A DNA stretch of 64,000 bases from positions 7,874,001-7,938,000 of the forward strand of contig JAQFVV010000005.1 in NCBI GenBank assembly GCA_028023455.1, read 5' to 3'. How positions within the stretch are numbered: the stretch's first letter is position 1; each line of letters starts with the position of its first letter. This document shows, piece by piece, positions 53,258 through 64,000 of the stretch. A program made the translations under genes and the position numbers. The notes under the pieces are model-generated. The model was not told the DNA's origin. It worked only from the letters and a program-made list of their open reading frames with translations, and ran no database searches. The DNA comes from Epiperipatus broadwayi. Taxonomy: Eukaryota > Animalia > Onychophora.

Positions 53258-56200
53258 TCTAACCTTCATCTCATGCATCCTCACTTCCAGATAATATATG
53301 ATATAAAATAAAATGGGTTCTAGCTCAGTTAATAATTAATAAATAAAATATTCAGCATTAAAATTAAAATGTTTCACTAGCTCAAATTTAAAATACGAAT
53401 AAGGTTTAGTTTATAAAAATAAATTAAATAAATATTTAATATTTTCATGAGACTTGAAGTGAAAATACAGGTGACAAGATAGATTACATTGAGTCAATAT
53501 CCCATAGGATACTACCTCAATGGCATAAGAACACTATCCCCCTTTATTACTATTTCAAATAACAAACTCATAGTATTCTTACGACTTTAATAACTTCTAC
53601 TCACTAAGATTAAACTAATAATTAAATCTTAATCTTCTATTTAATAATAATCTAGCTCAAATAAAATAATCTCAGGTTCATAAAGTTTATTCTAAGTTAA
53701 TTTAAAAATACGGTAGTAAAATATGAGAAGGGATTTTATGTCATAATCTACTACACTGAAACTAATAATAATAAATAACAGTAATAATATTCTTCATTGT
53801 TTAACTAATTCTGTATATCTTTTCTTTTTACTATAATTTTATTACCATAATAAAATAATGAAATAATATAATATGATCTTATATCTTCATGTAATGATAT
53901 AATAAATACGTGGTAGCATTTTAATAATCTGACAAACAAAATATGTGTGGCAACTGATAGCATATAATTTAATATAATATTGTGATAACTGATTTATGAC
54001 CAATAAAATAATGTAAGATTATGATTATTTAATTATAATGAATACCAATAAAATATTTAAAATTTTTAAAATAATTCTCTATTTATCTTTTGTGCAAAAT
54101 TATATATTTGTTTCAATTATTATGCATATATCGTGATTTCATGCAACGATGTGGAGAAATAAATAACTCGGACACAAAATTTTTGAAATAACAAAATTTA
54201 ACAAAGTTTATTACTAACAACAAATAAATAAACAATTTATTTACACTATTTACAGCGGATATCCTTAACTTTTTTACTTTACAGTTTGATCTACCGTGTT
54301 ATAAAAAAATAATTTATATTTCAATTATATCTTTATTTAGATTTAGGACAAAATTTTAAAAAAATGTTACTATTTGGTTTCTCATTATGGTTAACTTATT
54401 ACAAATATATTTATCTACTTTATTAGCAACAGCATTTTATCCTTAATATTATTAAACTATCTTATTTTAAAAAAATTTATACTTAGAAAACATTCTATAG
54501 AAAACAAAATTTTATAATGAGTATGGAATTCTCAAAATATTAAAAAAAATTTCATCTTGCAAAGTCAAAGATGTTACACAAAATATTATCCAAAATTCAG
54601 TACTAGATTTTAGTATTTATCACACAATGTTTACTAATTATAATATATTCTTCTTTAAGCCTTACTTTAGCATGACATAAGTGTAATCATCAATATATTT
54701 CTGTTAATCAATAAACAAAAAATATACTATGCATATTGTTTACATAATTTACTTTGTACTATTGTATTTTAAAAATATGCAGTACTTATTTTTCTCTTAA
54801 AAAAATAATACTAAAGCATTTAAAATTATTATCACTTTAAAGGAAATATCTTTGTTTAGATACTTTATTTTAAAAAAGTTTATATTTCATTTCCGAAATA
54901 AAATTCAAAATATATTCTATGATTCTTTTCTTTCCTTAGGATACTTTGGATCTTCAATTTTAAGTTATAACGTCCTATTCCTTCTAAGCAAATAAACCAA
55001 TCTTATACAAAAACGATAGCATAACCTAAGTTCTTAATTATTTATCATTTCTCTTAAACATATCTTACTGAACGATGCAGTTACAAGAAATAAAGATAGC
55101 AAAAACAGATGCATAGGATTAAGGAAGAAAGCTAGAGTATTACTCTTAACATATCTCAAAATCATGGCACAGTGCGAAGAGGTATGACATTTACCTGCCT
55201 AATATCTTGCTATTTCTTCAGCTTTATTAGAACATCAAATATTTAAAGAAATATAAACACTGTCCAAATAAAATGTGTATCAGTCATAGGGCTTTGTTAA
55301 CTATACTGATATTCACATAAAGACCAAATATTATTTCCATTCCTTATAACATCCTATTTCTTAAAAACATCATCTTGGTTTCCTGTTCACTAAGTACTTC
55401 CAAGCCACTATCTCAACATTATTTCTCAAGATTTTTCACATCTTACATCGATAAATAACTATCTGCATTTACAAAACAATAAATAAAATTCATTAATAGT
55501 TAAACAATCTAGCTGTTCCACAAGAAAAGTCTGCTTACTTCATTATTCTATATGTCTAATCATATACAATCTACTTAGACAATATTCAAATATCCAATAA
55601 CATGAAAATTTTAAAAGAATCACATAATTATTTGTTATGTTAGATTATATCACTAATAAAAAAAAATCGTCGTATGCATATTTTCAAATCAATGCCTATC
55701 TCATAATGTTTTTAAAAATGTTGTATGAAATGCAGTACATATAAGTAAAAAACTTTTACACTTCATTCTTCCAATTTATGGATGATCTAAAGAAAACAAA
55801 AAAAAATATGCACTATAAATTATCAATAGTTATTATTATTACCAATAATCTTTATCTAGTCATCGTGTTCAGTAGGCTTCCTTTATCCACTTGAGCATTG
55901 CAGATACAAAAAAATTCACACCCATACACTTTATATTAAAATATTTTTAGCTAAATTATTAGATTGTTATATTATAAAATTTTAATATTAATAAATTAAT
56001 GTTTTTATGTTTTTCCTAATCTTATATAAAAATTTAGATTTAAACTAGGTTAACAAAATAAAAGGAATCAAAACTATAATTACATATTTTCTTGACGATA
56101 GTTCCTGATAAGTCCAAAATGTTTATTATTTTCTCTAGAGTTTTTAAAAATGTTCTCCTCCAAGCGCGTTAAAGTTTAAAATAAAAATAATTATTAATCC

Positions 56201-56569
56201 ATTTAGTAAAATTTATAGAAAATAATCCTTTGTTTTAGTATTTAGGACAATAATTATTAAATCATAATATTAATTAATCCCATGAAGTTTTTTAAGTATT
56301 TTCTCTGCCAATATTCTCTGCATATCCGATGCATCAATCCAGCTAATTTAACTTTAAAAATATTCGATAAACTTTTAAGTAATATTTGTATTTCCATGGA
56401 TCCATCTTTTATTCAACTGTGTTCACTTTTTTATATATGTTTCCCTCTTGATACATTTAAACTTTCATTTGGTATTTTTTATAAATCTCTTTTAAAAATA
56501 AAAAAAAAAACTTCAAGTACTTTTAAACAAATCTTTTCTAAATAAATTCTAAGACCGGATATTTTAATA

Positions 56570-57240
56570 TCAAAAACGCTTCTGTAACATATTTTCCTGG
56601 GTGCTTTCTTTAATTCTTGAAAATATTTTTTAAAAATGTTACCTTCAGAAAGTATATAACATTTTACTCCTTTGAATATAATATTCTATAAAATGATTCA
56701 TGAGATATAATTGTCTTATTACTATTTAAAAATAAATCTTGGATAAACTTATAAATAATACGTTTCAATACATTTTTTAGACTCCGTATAATGTCCGAGC
56801 TGTGGTTTTTATGTACCAAAACAGTTCTTCGGTTATGCATTAATAAAGCTGTATCAACAAATATTCCAAACATTTTTACAGTATTACAATTTATATCCAT
56901 TTTATTTCGTAATATATCCATCTCTATTGTGTAGTCTAGGTTAAATTTCAGATAAAATACTACTGGCAAGTAACTTTTAAAAAATTAGAAAATCATCTCC
57001 ACGAAGTTTCTAAATATATAATTTTTTTTCTAAACTTTCCTTTTGCAAACATACTTTTAAAAATTATCAATTAGTTTTTGCAAATAAAATGATAAGAAAG
57101 TACCAAAAAAAAATTGACTAAAATAAAAATTTTAAAAATACTATCTTTTTGATAGTTATAATTTACCTTTCTCCGGTTTCAATTCATTATTAATCTCCCC
57201 TTATACCCCCGTGCAATTCATATTTATAGTCTGTAATAAT
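56570..57240 (-). pseudogene. Decayed reverse-transcriptase fragment with telomerase (TERT)-like palm/thumb similarity
   Basis: FRNFV/GDDFLIF (motif C-like, needs frameshifts), DYTIEMDILRNKMDIN (D-like), KMFGIFVDT (E-like), DLFLNSNKTIISHESFYRILY (CTE-like) and upstream YELHGGIRG (B'-like). Manual alignment only. Confidence 0.35.
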
Positions 57241-58199
57241 ACCTCATTTGATTGGTTGATTCTTACTTTAACTTGAGAACAAATTTACATATTTTCAGTT
57301 TATAGCAGAATTATATTTGAAAACAGAAAATTATGACATAATGAACTTAAAATATTATTTAAAATATTACTTTTGAATAAATTATTATTTTATTAAAACT
57401 ATTTAAACATTTAAAAGAACTTTTAAAACAATTTTAATAACTTATTCCATTTATCTATTTTTATTTAAACAAAATATTTAATTTTTTTATTAACTGTATT
57501 CATCTTTATTACATCATTTAAGCATGTTATACGATAGTTAACTTAATATTTATTATTATTTGCTTTTATGATAGGCAATAATTCTATCCAATTCTATAAT
57601 ATAACTTTTAAAATATTTTAAACTTTGTTATTAATTCAAACAAGCGTGTGTGTGAACGTATATAATATACAAGTCACATGATCACTAACTTTGTCAGACG
57701 ATTTTCAATCTATTTCTCTGCCTAGACTAATAAAATTGATACACTTATTATATTATATAATATAATTATAAAATTTGGAAGAACAATTTAGAAAATATAG
57801 AATTAAATACAATTCTCACCATCATAAAGTTTATTTTTAAAATATACTATATTAATTTTGACTATTAAATATGATTAAACACTGTATTTATTAACTTATC
57901 GGTTTTAAACTATTAAAATCGAATTTATTAAATATACTTTTAATTTTTATAGCTGTGTTATTTAATATGGCCAGCTTTTACAACCATATGAAACAATATT
58001 TTAAACTTTACTTAACTACTTTTTAAATAATTTGCTATAATTTTATATACCACGTATTTTCTTTAGCTTTAAATTGTACTTCAAAAATATAACCGACAAA
58101 CTATAATTAATGTATTAAAAGAACATATTCTAAAATTTAAAATTTTTAGTAATTGACTGTTATGAACTATTACCGACCTATAGAAAAGGGCACAATATA

Positions 58200-59340
58200 T
58201 ATATATTCCTTAATCCCCCTCCCCCTTAATGCTCCTTCTATCAACAATCCTTTTTTCTGCTTAAAATATTCCCCATTAAACTCAAATGTTATCTCTTTAC
58301 AGCATATCTACATAATCTATTTTAATTTTATTATCAGTATTTCTATGTCTTTATCTTCTTTATATTTATTAATTGTCATTTCTATCATTTTTCTACATCC
58401 ATATTTGTATACATTGATACTATATCTATTTTAATCATTGCCAACCTATATTTATCATATTTCCTTATTTTTTCTTTAATCTCTTTTATTTATTTTTTAT
58501 TATTTTTTATATATGCAACTACTTTTCTTATTAATATATATTTTTAGAATATTATTTGCTAATCACTTCAACATCTTATCAAAATATGAACTTTTACCAT
58601 TTATTATTGATCTTAATGGTATTTATTCCTTCTTTAAATATTTTTGGTGCTTAATAATTTTTTGCTATTTCACAATCTTTATTTCATAAATCTTCTAAGG
58701 TTTTTTTACCTATTATTATACATCCCTTTTATCAATTCATACATTTTTTATTTTAGTATCATCTTTCTTTACTTTTATAAAAAATTATTCTGTTAACATT
58801 TTTTTCATGTTTTCTATATATTCTTTTTTTCATTAATACTACTTTATTACCTGTATCTGATTTTATAAATATTATTTTCTTCTCTTCATATTTAATTTTT
58901 TAACTTCTTTTACTATTATTTTATCTACATTCTTAATCCAATTTTCTTTATTTCTTTTTTTTATTATTGAATTTTTTCATCTGATATATCATATTATTTA
59001 CTTTTTCTTTTAAGTTTTCCATCAATATTTTATCTTTTTTACTTATTTTATTAATATCCTTATTTTCATAATAATATACATTTTTGTGACAATTTTTCTA
59101 TTAATATCAGTATCTCTAAAACATCTCTCTTACCACATATCCTATGGTACACATTTTATTCCTTTTTTAATTATCTCCATCTCTTCCTTTTTTAGTTCAG
59201 TATTAATTAAATTACATATCCTAATTTTATTTGTAACAAATCTTCCTTTATATTCTTCTTTTCTTTCACCAAGATTTCCATTATTCTTCTGTGTCTTTCC
59301 TTTGTATTTTTATCTTTAATGTCTTTTTTCTTTTCACACA
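58200..59340 (-). mobile_element. Decayed Penelope-like element, N-terminus to RT motif B', copy C
   Basis: NFINTELKKEEMEIIKKGIKCVP (N-terminal PLE motif), KIDIVSMYTN (motif A), CKEITFEFNGEYFKQKKGL..GAL..GLRNIY (motif B'). Confidence 0.82.
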
Positions 59341-61170
59341 ATTTTCTAAGCAACTCTTAACCAATGAATTTTTTTTCACTGAATAGCATTATCTTACAAT
59401 TATTTTTCCCACAGTGATGTGTTCATGTGGCTCTCATTTCAAAGTTTCAACAATTTTGAACATGCAGTTGGGATGCAATGTCTTTGCTTACAGTGAAAAC
59501 ATTGTGGTTTGATTCAATATGAAATTAAGAAGACTGTGGTTTCAAGATCAGTAATTAGCATAAGGTTGTCATTTGAATTACCATTTTTATTTATTCAAGA
59601 CTGGTACAGGTATATCTTTTAAATATGTCGGTTGAAATGCTATTAGTGATCCAAAAAGCTTCTCTAAGTTTTTAAAGTCATTAATGTCCTAATTTAAATG
59701 TGTTTTAGAATTTGAGTTACATAATTTTCTGTATTCCAATCTATCTTAATTAATACATATTTATCCAGCATGTAAATTGTTTTTTTGAAATTATTTCTTT
59801 GTCCTTAGTCACAAATTTCAATAATAATATATCTGAAATTTGGGTGATCAGAAACCCATAATATGGAATCCCATATGTTATTTATACTAATTGCTTCATA
59901 TAATTTTTTTGGAAATCTGTAGATTGTGTAATTTATATCTGTAATTGCTAGACTAATCAAGCTATAGGTAAAAAAAATATAAATGAAAAAAAAGATTTTT
60001 TAGGTATTATTGCATTGAAGGTCTTCGAAATTCTGCTCAAACTTTTCTCCATCCATTATGTTGATAAGCTTTTGTGATGTATCCATTAGTAGGTGTAATT
60101 TAATAAGATCATTCATTGTTGTTGTATGAAATCTTGCAATCCGATTTACATTTTACCAAAATAATTATTTACATTATCAGTATGCTTTCTTCCATCATTT
60201 TGAAGCAATAATTTTCAGGCTTTCATAGTTTCTGCATGCAAATGTAATTTTATTTTGCATGTGGGGATCATGGTAGCTAACATAATTTCCATTGTAAATA
60301 TTTGAATTCAAATCCTCTACCAAGGAGTTTTCAAATCGGCTTATATATTAAACTTTTTTAATCTTCAATACTTAACAACTATTCTGTTTGATTTCTTATA
60401 TAATCCAATGATTTGATAATGATGAAAAAGATTAAGGGAAGCTCATTGTAGGTGCAAGGCTTTTCTTTATATTAGTACATGCAGAAAAAAATCGCCATTA
60501 TACTTTATTTATTGAATAATATATTTTATTCCTTGTAAAATATATATACTTATCAAAATACTTGTCCTATTACAGAATTATTTAAATTTATTTACTTTTA
60601 CATTTTAAGACTTAAGCTAATACTTTCAACATTAGTGGTTGAATGGTAATCTGTTCATTGAAGAACATTTAAAATAAATTAATAATCTAGTAGTTTATTT
60701 CTCAGCTCATAAAATGTTTGAGCATGTAAAGAGGTGACTGTATTGGTATCCATAAAACTTGAGTGCCAAAGTTTATCATTCTTTTAAGTATACTAAATCA
60801 TGTAAGCATTTTCAAATGGTATCATTACTCAGAAGTTTATTAGAAGTTTGACTACCAAAAGTGACATCCTGGATAGGAAAGAATAAATAGATTTCAACCT
60901 AAGTGTTAAATCACTTTTGCTTCCAACACTTTTCTTGCCTTTATCTGACAACAAAAAACAAAAATGTATTTGCTATATATAGATATTTAGTGTCATATAT
61001 ATGTTTAGAATGTAAAGAGATAGTATAAGTAGATGTTAAATGTGTGCTAAAGTTAAAAGAAATAAAGTATTACAAAGTTACAAATGTTAAAGATCAAAAT
61101 GTCGATAAAGTTCCGGATTAAAAAATAATTACTTAAAAAGATTAGAAACAATAATAATTATGTTCTAGAG

Positions 61171-62047
61171 CAGTGGTGCCCAACATTTAACTTGACGCGA
61201 GCCAGTTGAGAATTTAAAAAAATTTGGGGAGCCACAATAATATATTACATTTTTCATATTACATTTATAAACATGGTACTTGGGTACTAAACCTGCAATG
61301 TAGGGAGATAGGTGGGGGGGGGGGGATGGCCTATTCACATTGGTATCAATCCGCCGTTTCTAATGTGGCCAAAATAACGTGTACACGGATCTTTCTCGAT
61401 GAAAACATCAATATATACAGCAAAATATATATGTGTACACGAATCTATCTCGATAAAAACAACTATTTACAGCACTAAACATCAATATATATATATACAG
61501 CAAAATATATACGTGTACACGGATAAAAACAACTGTTTACAGCACTAAACATCGATATATACAGCAAAATATATACGTGTACATGGATCTATCTCGATAA
61601 AAACTATTTCCAGCACTAAACACAATATATATACAGCACCAAACCAAACGTCTACAAGGATCTTTCTCGATAAAAACAACAATATATACAAGAGCACTAA
61701 ACACAATATATATATATAGCACCAAACCAAACGTGTACAGCAAAAAAAAAAAAAATGGTGTAATATGTTAAAAAGAAAAAAAAAATGTAAATACATTTTA
61801 TTTATTAAAAATTTGGTAACATACATATAAATTACAATTACAGGAAAAATATATTTTATTTAATGTGAAACCTGACACTGCATATCGTTATTGTTTGTAT
61901 TGTAAAAATGTTTATTTTTTAGTGTGTGCATGTGCCATCAAGGAACATAAAATATTTTATCAATTTTTTTGAAGAGTGCAATTCGAGCCACATTAAACAG
62001 TTACGCGAGCCACATGTGACTCGCGAGCTACGGGTTGGGCATCCCTG
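61171..62047. mobile_element. Non-autonomous hAT (Charlie/Buster-type) MITE with internal minisatellite
   Basis: TIRs CAGTGGTGCCCAAC / GTTGGGCATCCCTG; perfect 8-bp TSD TTCTAGAG (61163-61170, 62048-62055); subterminal CGCGAGCC motifs at both ends. Confidence 0.93.
61379..61740. repeat. Irregular minisatellite inside the MITE
   Basis: Recurring modules GTGTACACGGATCT(A/T)TCTCGATAAAAAC, CAGCACTAAACA and ATATATACAGCAAAATATAT. Confidence 0.9.
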
Positions 62048-62430
62048 TTCTAGAGCATACCACTATCAGCAGAAAGATATGAAAGCTCATAGATAAGGGG
62101 AATCAAGATTTAATCTATACACTTGCATTTGTTGAAGCTACTGCACCAGTTTTGCTATGTCTTAGGGTGTATAATCCCCAAATAAGAATAACAAAATATT
62201 TTAGGAATTTTATTTAGATATAAAGAAAATAAAAACCATAGTTGTTCAATTTCTTTGTGCACTTTAATACAAGTTACAATATATAAAAATAATAGATATA
62301 AATTTATCAAAATATACTATTCATATGAGTTCAAGTTTGTCTAGTAGTAATCAGAAACAGGATTTTGATTAGTAGCCAGAAGTTTATAGGCATAATAAGG
62401 TTAAACTGGCTGGATAAGTCAACCTATTGG

Positions 62431-62518
62431 AAAGTAGTTCAGTAATTGTGGGGCAAATATATATTTTATTTATTGTAAAGTAGTTCAGTAATTGTGGGGC
62501 AAATATATATTTTATTTA
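62431..62518. repeat. Perfect 42-bp tandem duplication (46-bp period)
   Basis: AAAGTAGTTCAGTAATTGTGGGGCAAATATATATTTTATTTA at 62431 and 62477, just upstream of the Gypsy gag. Confidence 0.95.
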
Positions 62519-62544
62519 GTAGTTACTAATTTGGATTAGAGTTA

Positions 62545-64000
62545 AGATGATGGCTATGCCACAAGTGACAATAAATGAGTTTAATATTAATAGTCCTGTT
62601 GATTGGCCAATTTGCCTCAAGAGGATTGAAAATTTTTTTTATTAATGGATTTATCAGTGACCCCATTAATGTTGCCACATTTTATTATGCAGGGCAACAA
62701 GTGATAGAAATGACAAATTAGCTATGCAATCACCAAGAAACAGAGAAATTACCAACCAGAATAGTAATTAAAAAACTAAATAATTATTTCAGCCCCAAGA
62801 CTTCTAAGCATGTAGCATAGCTACATGTGAGGAATATATGACAAAATAAAAGGGAACACAAGTGATTATGATCAACATGAAACTTTCTATGAGTTGTAGT
62901 TATAGTGATGCATTAGAGGATAATCTTCTTGGACAATTACTTTGAGGGATATTCAATGGTAGGCTTAGACAGAAATTATTGTTCTCGAGAGACTTGTTCC
63001 ATGAGGAGGCAATCAAAATTAAAGTAACCCTTGAGATTGTGATTGACAAATCAAAGGAGTTTGGGAACTTTACTAATAATAATGAATGCATTTATATAAA
63101 AAAACAAAATAAATATCAGTCTGCTAATAAATGAAGAAAATTGTTTGCTACTGTTGTGCAAAAAGATCACATGGCATTGAATAGATTTAATAAAGGTCAT
63201 TGTATAGCCTGTAGCAAAATAACTCATTTAGAGAAAGTATGTAGGGCTAATGGGAAAAAAGATTATAGCTTTTTGTCAACTTTTCCAAAAAGAAACAAGA
63301 AGAAATTATCCAGATTACTCATGGCCATCAAATTATGATATCAGTAAAATTACTAAATACAATTCCAGTCACAGTGAATCAGGTGTGTCAATGATGGCAG
63401 TCATAGAATGAGATAAAGTTATAAAAAATTGTATGAACACCCTTATATTGATGAGAAATAGTTTGAGCATGAATGATGTTAGTCGTAATATTATGAGGGA
63501 AAATAAATGTAAGCATAGAAATTTAAAAACTGTCTATAGGTTATTATTATATATAGTGTGAGGTGGTATTAGCACTATATAGGTAGATAATGGTTTGTTG
63601 CTCTGGAAATAGAAGTAGCTTATGATTTTGAGCTAAATTTTAAAAAAGGAGATGTCATTGAGCATGCGGATGTGCTGTTGAGAATTCCAATTAAATCAGC
63701 TCCACAGGAACTTGATCCCACCATTAACTACATAGACCATTGGAATAATGTAGTAACAGACAGTAGAAAGGTAGCAGGTTGGACAAAAAGCTAAGCAAGG
63801 TCATAAAATTTTGATCAAGTGGATCAGCAAAGCTGACCTAGAAGGCAGGCTGAGATATTTCATAAAGTTATATGGGATGTTAAAGAAAACTCTACAAATA
63901 AGGATACATATTAATGGATGATAGAGTATTAATACCTAGTAGTGGTCATCATCAGATTTTTCATTTATCAAGGTCACCATGGTATTATATGTGCTAAAGC
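62545..64000 (+). mobile_element. Decayed, internally deleted Ty3/Gypsy retrotransposon (runs off the window end)
   Basis: Gag MAMPQVTINEF..DWP..LKRIENF, LNNYFSPK, RLRQKLL; zinc knuckle CIACSKITHLEKVC; RNase H end AYDFELNFKKGDVIEHADVLLRIP; pre-integrase GYILMDDRVLIP. No RT motifs between protease region and RNase H end. Confidence 0.82.

Noticed and set aside
59400-60850. Possible Transib or P-element remnant (CACAGTG; DPH...RN)
   Set aside because: Motifs too short and no matching second terminus.
61379-61826. CRISPR-like repeat array and overlapping ORFs
   Set aside because: Intervening sequences are themselves repeats, the array lies inside a hAT MITE in eukaryotic DNA, and there are no cas genes; the ORFs are by-products of the minisatellite.
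5228-63338. Remaining 60-130 aa ORFs in the supplied track
   Set aside because: Hydrophobic or low-complexity translations typical of AT-rich noncoding DNA, or frames and antisense shadows of decayed transposons.

Overview
Very AT-rich (about 25% GC by eye) eukaryotic, probably invertebrate, genomic DNA dominated by decayed transposons. The only well-supported host gene is a single long ORF (22802-24682, +) encoding about 18 intact C2H2 zinc fingers, preceded by frameshifted finger remnants. Recognisable elements are two decayed Ty3/Gypsy retrotransposons, three Penelope-like (PLE) RT/GIY-YIG fragments on the minus strand (two look like halves of one element split by a ~5 kb insertion), two probable solo LTRs, two hAT-type MITEs with perfect 8-bp TSDs, LINE remnants, a 5'-damaged tRNA-Cys copy and several foldback palindromes. 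The most notable signals are (i) a short repeat family carrying a minimal type I hammerhead ribozyme motif, present as inverted pairs at three loci, (ii) a decayed RT fragment with telomerase-like motif C/E and C-terminal similarity inside the split Penelope element, and (iii) an isolated perfect 27-bp GC-rich palindrome. All protein assignments come from manual translation and motif recognition; no database search was run, and boundaries of decayed elements are approximate.
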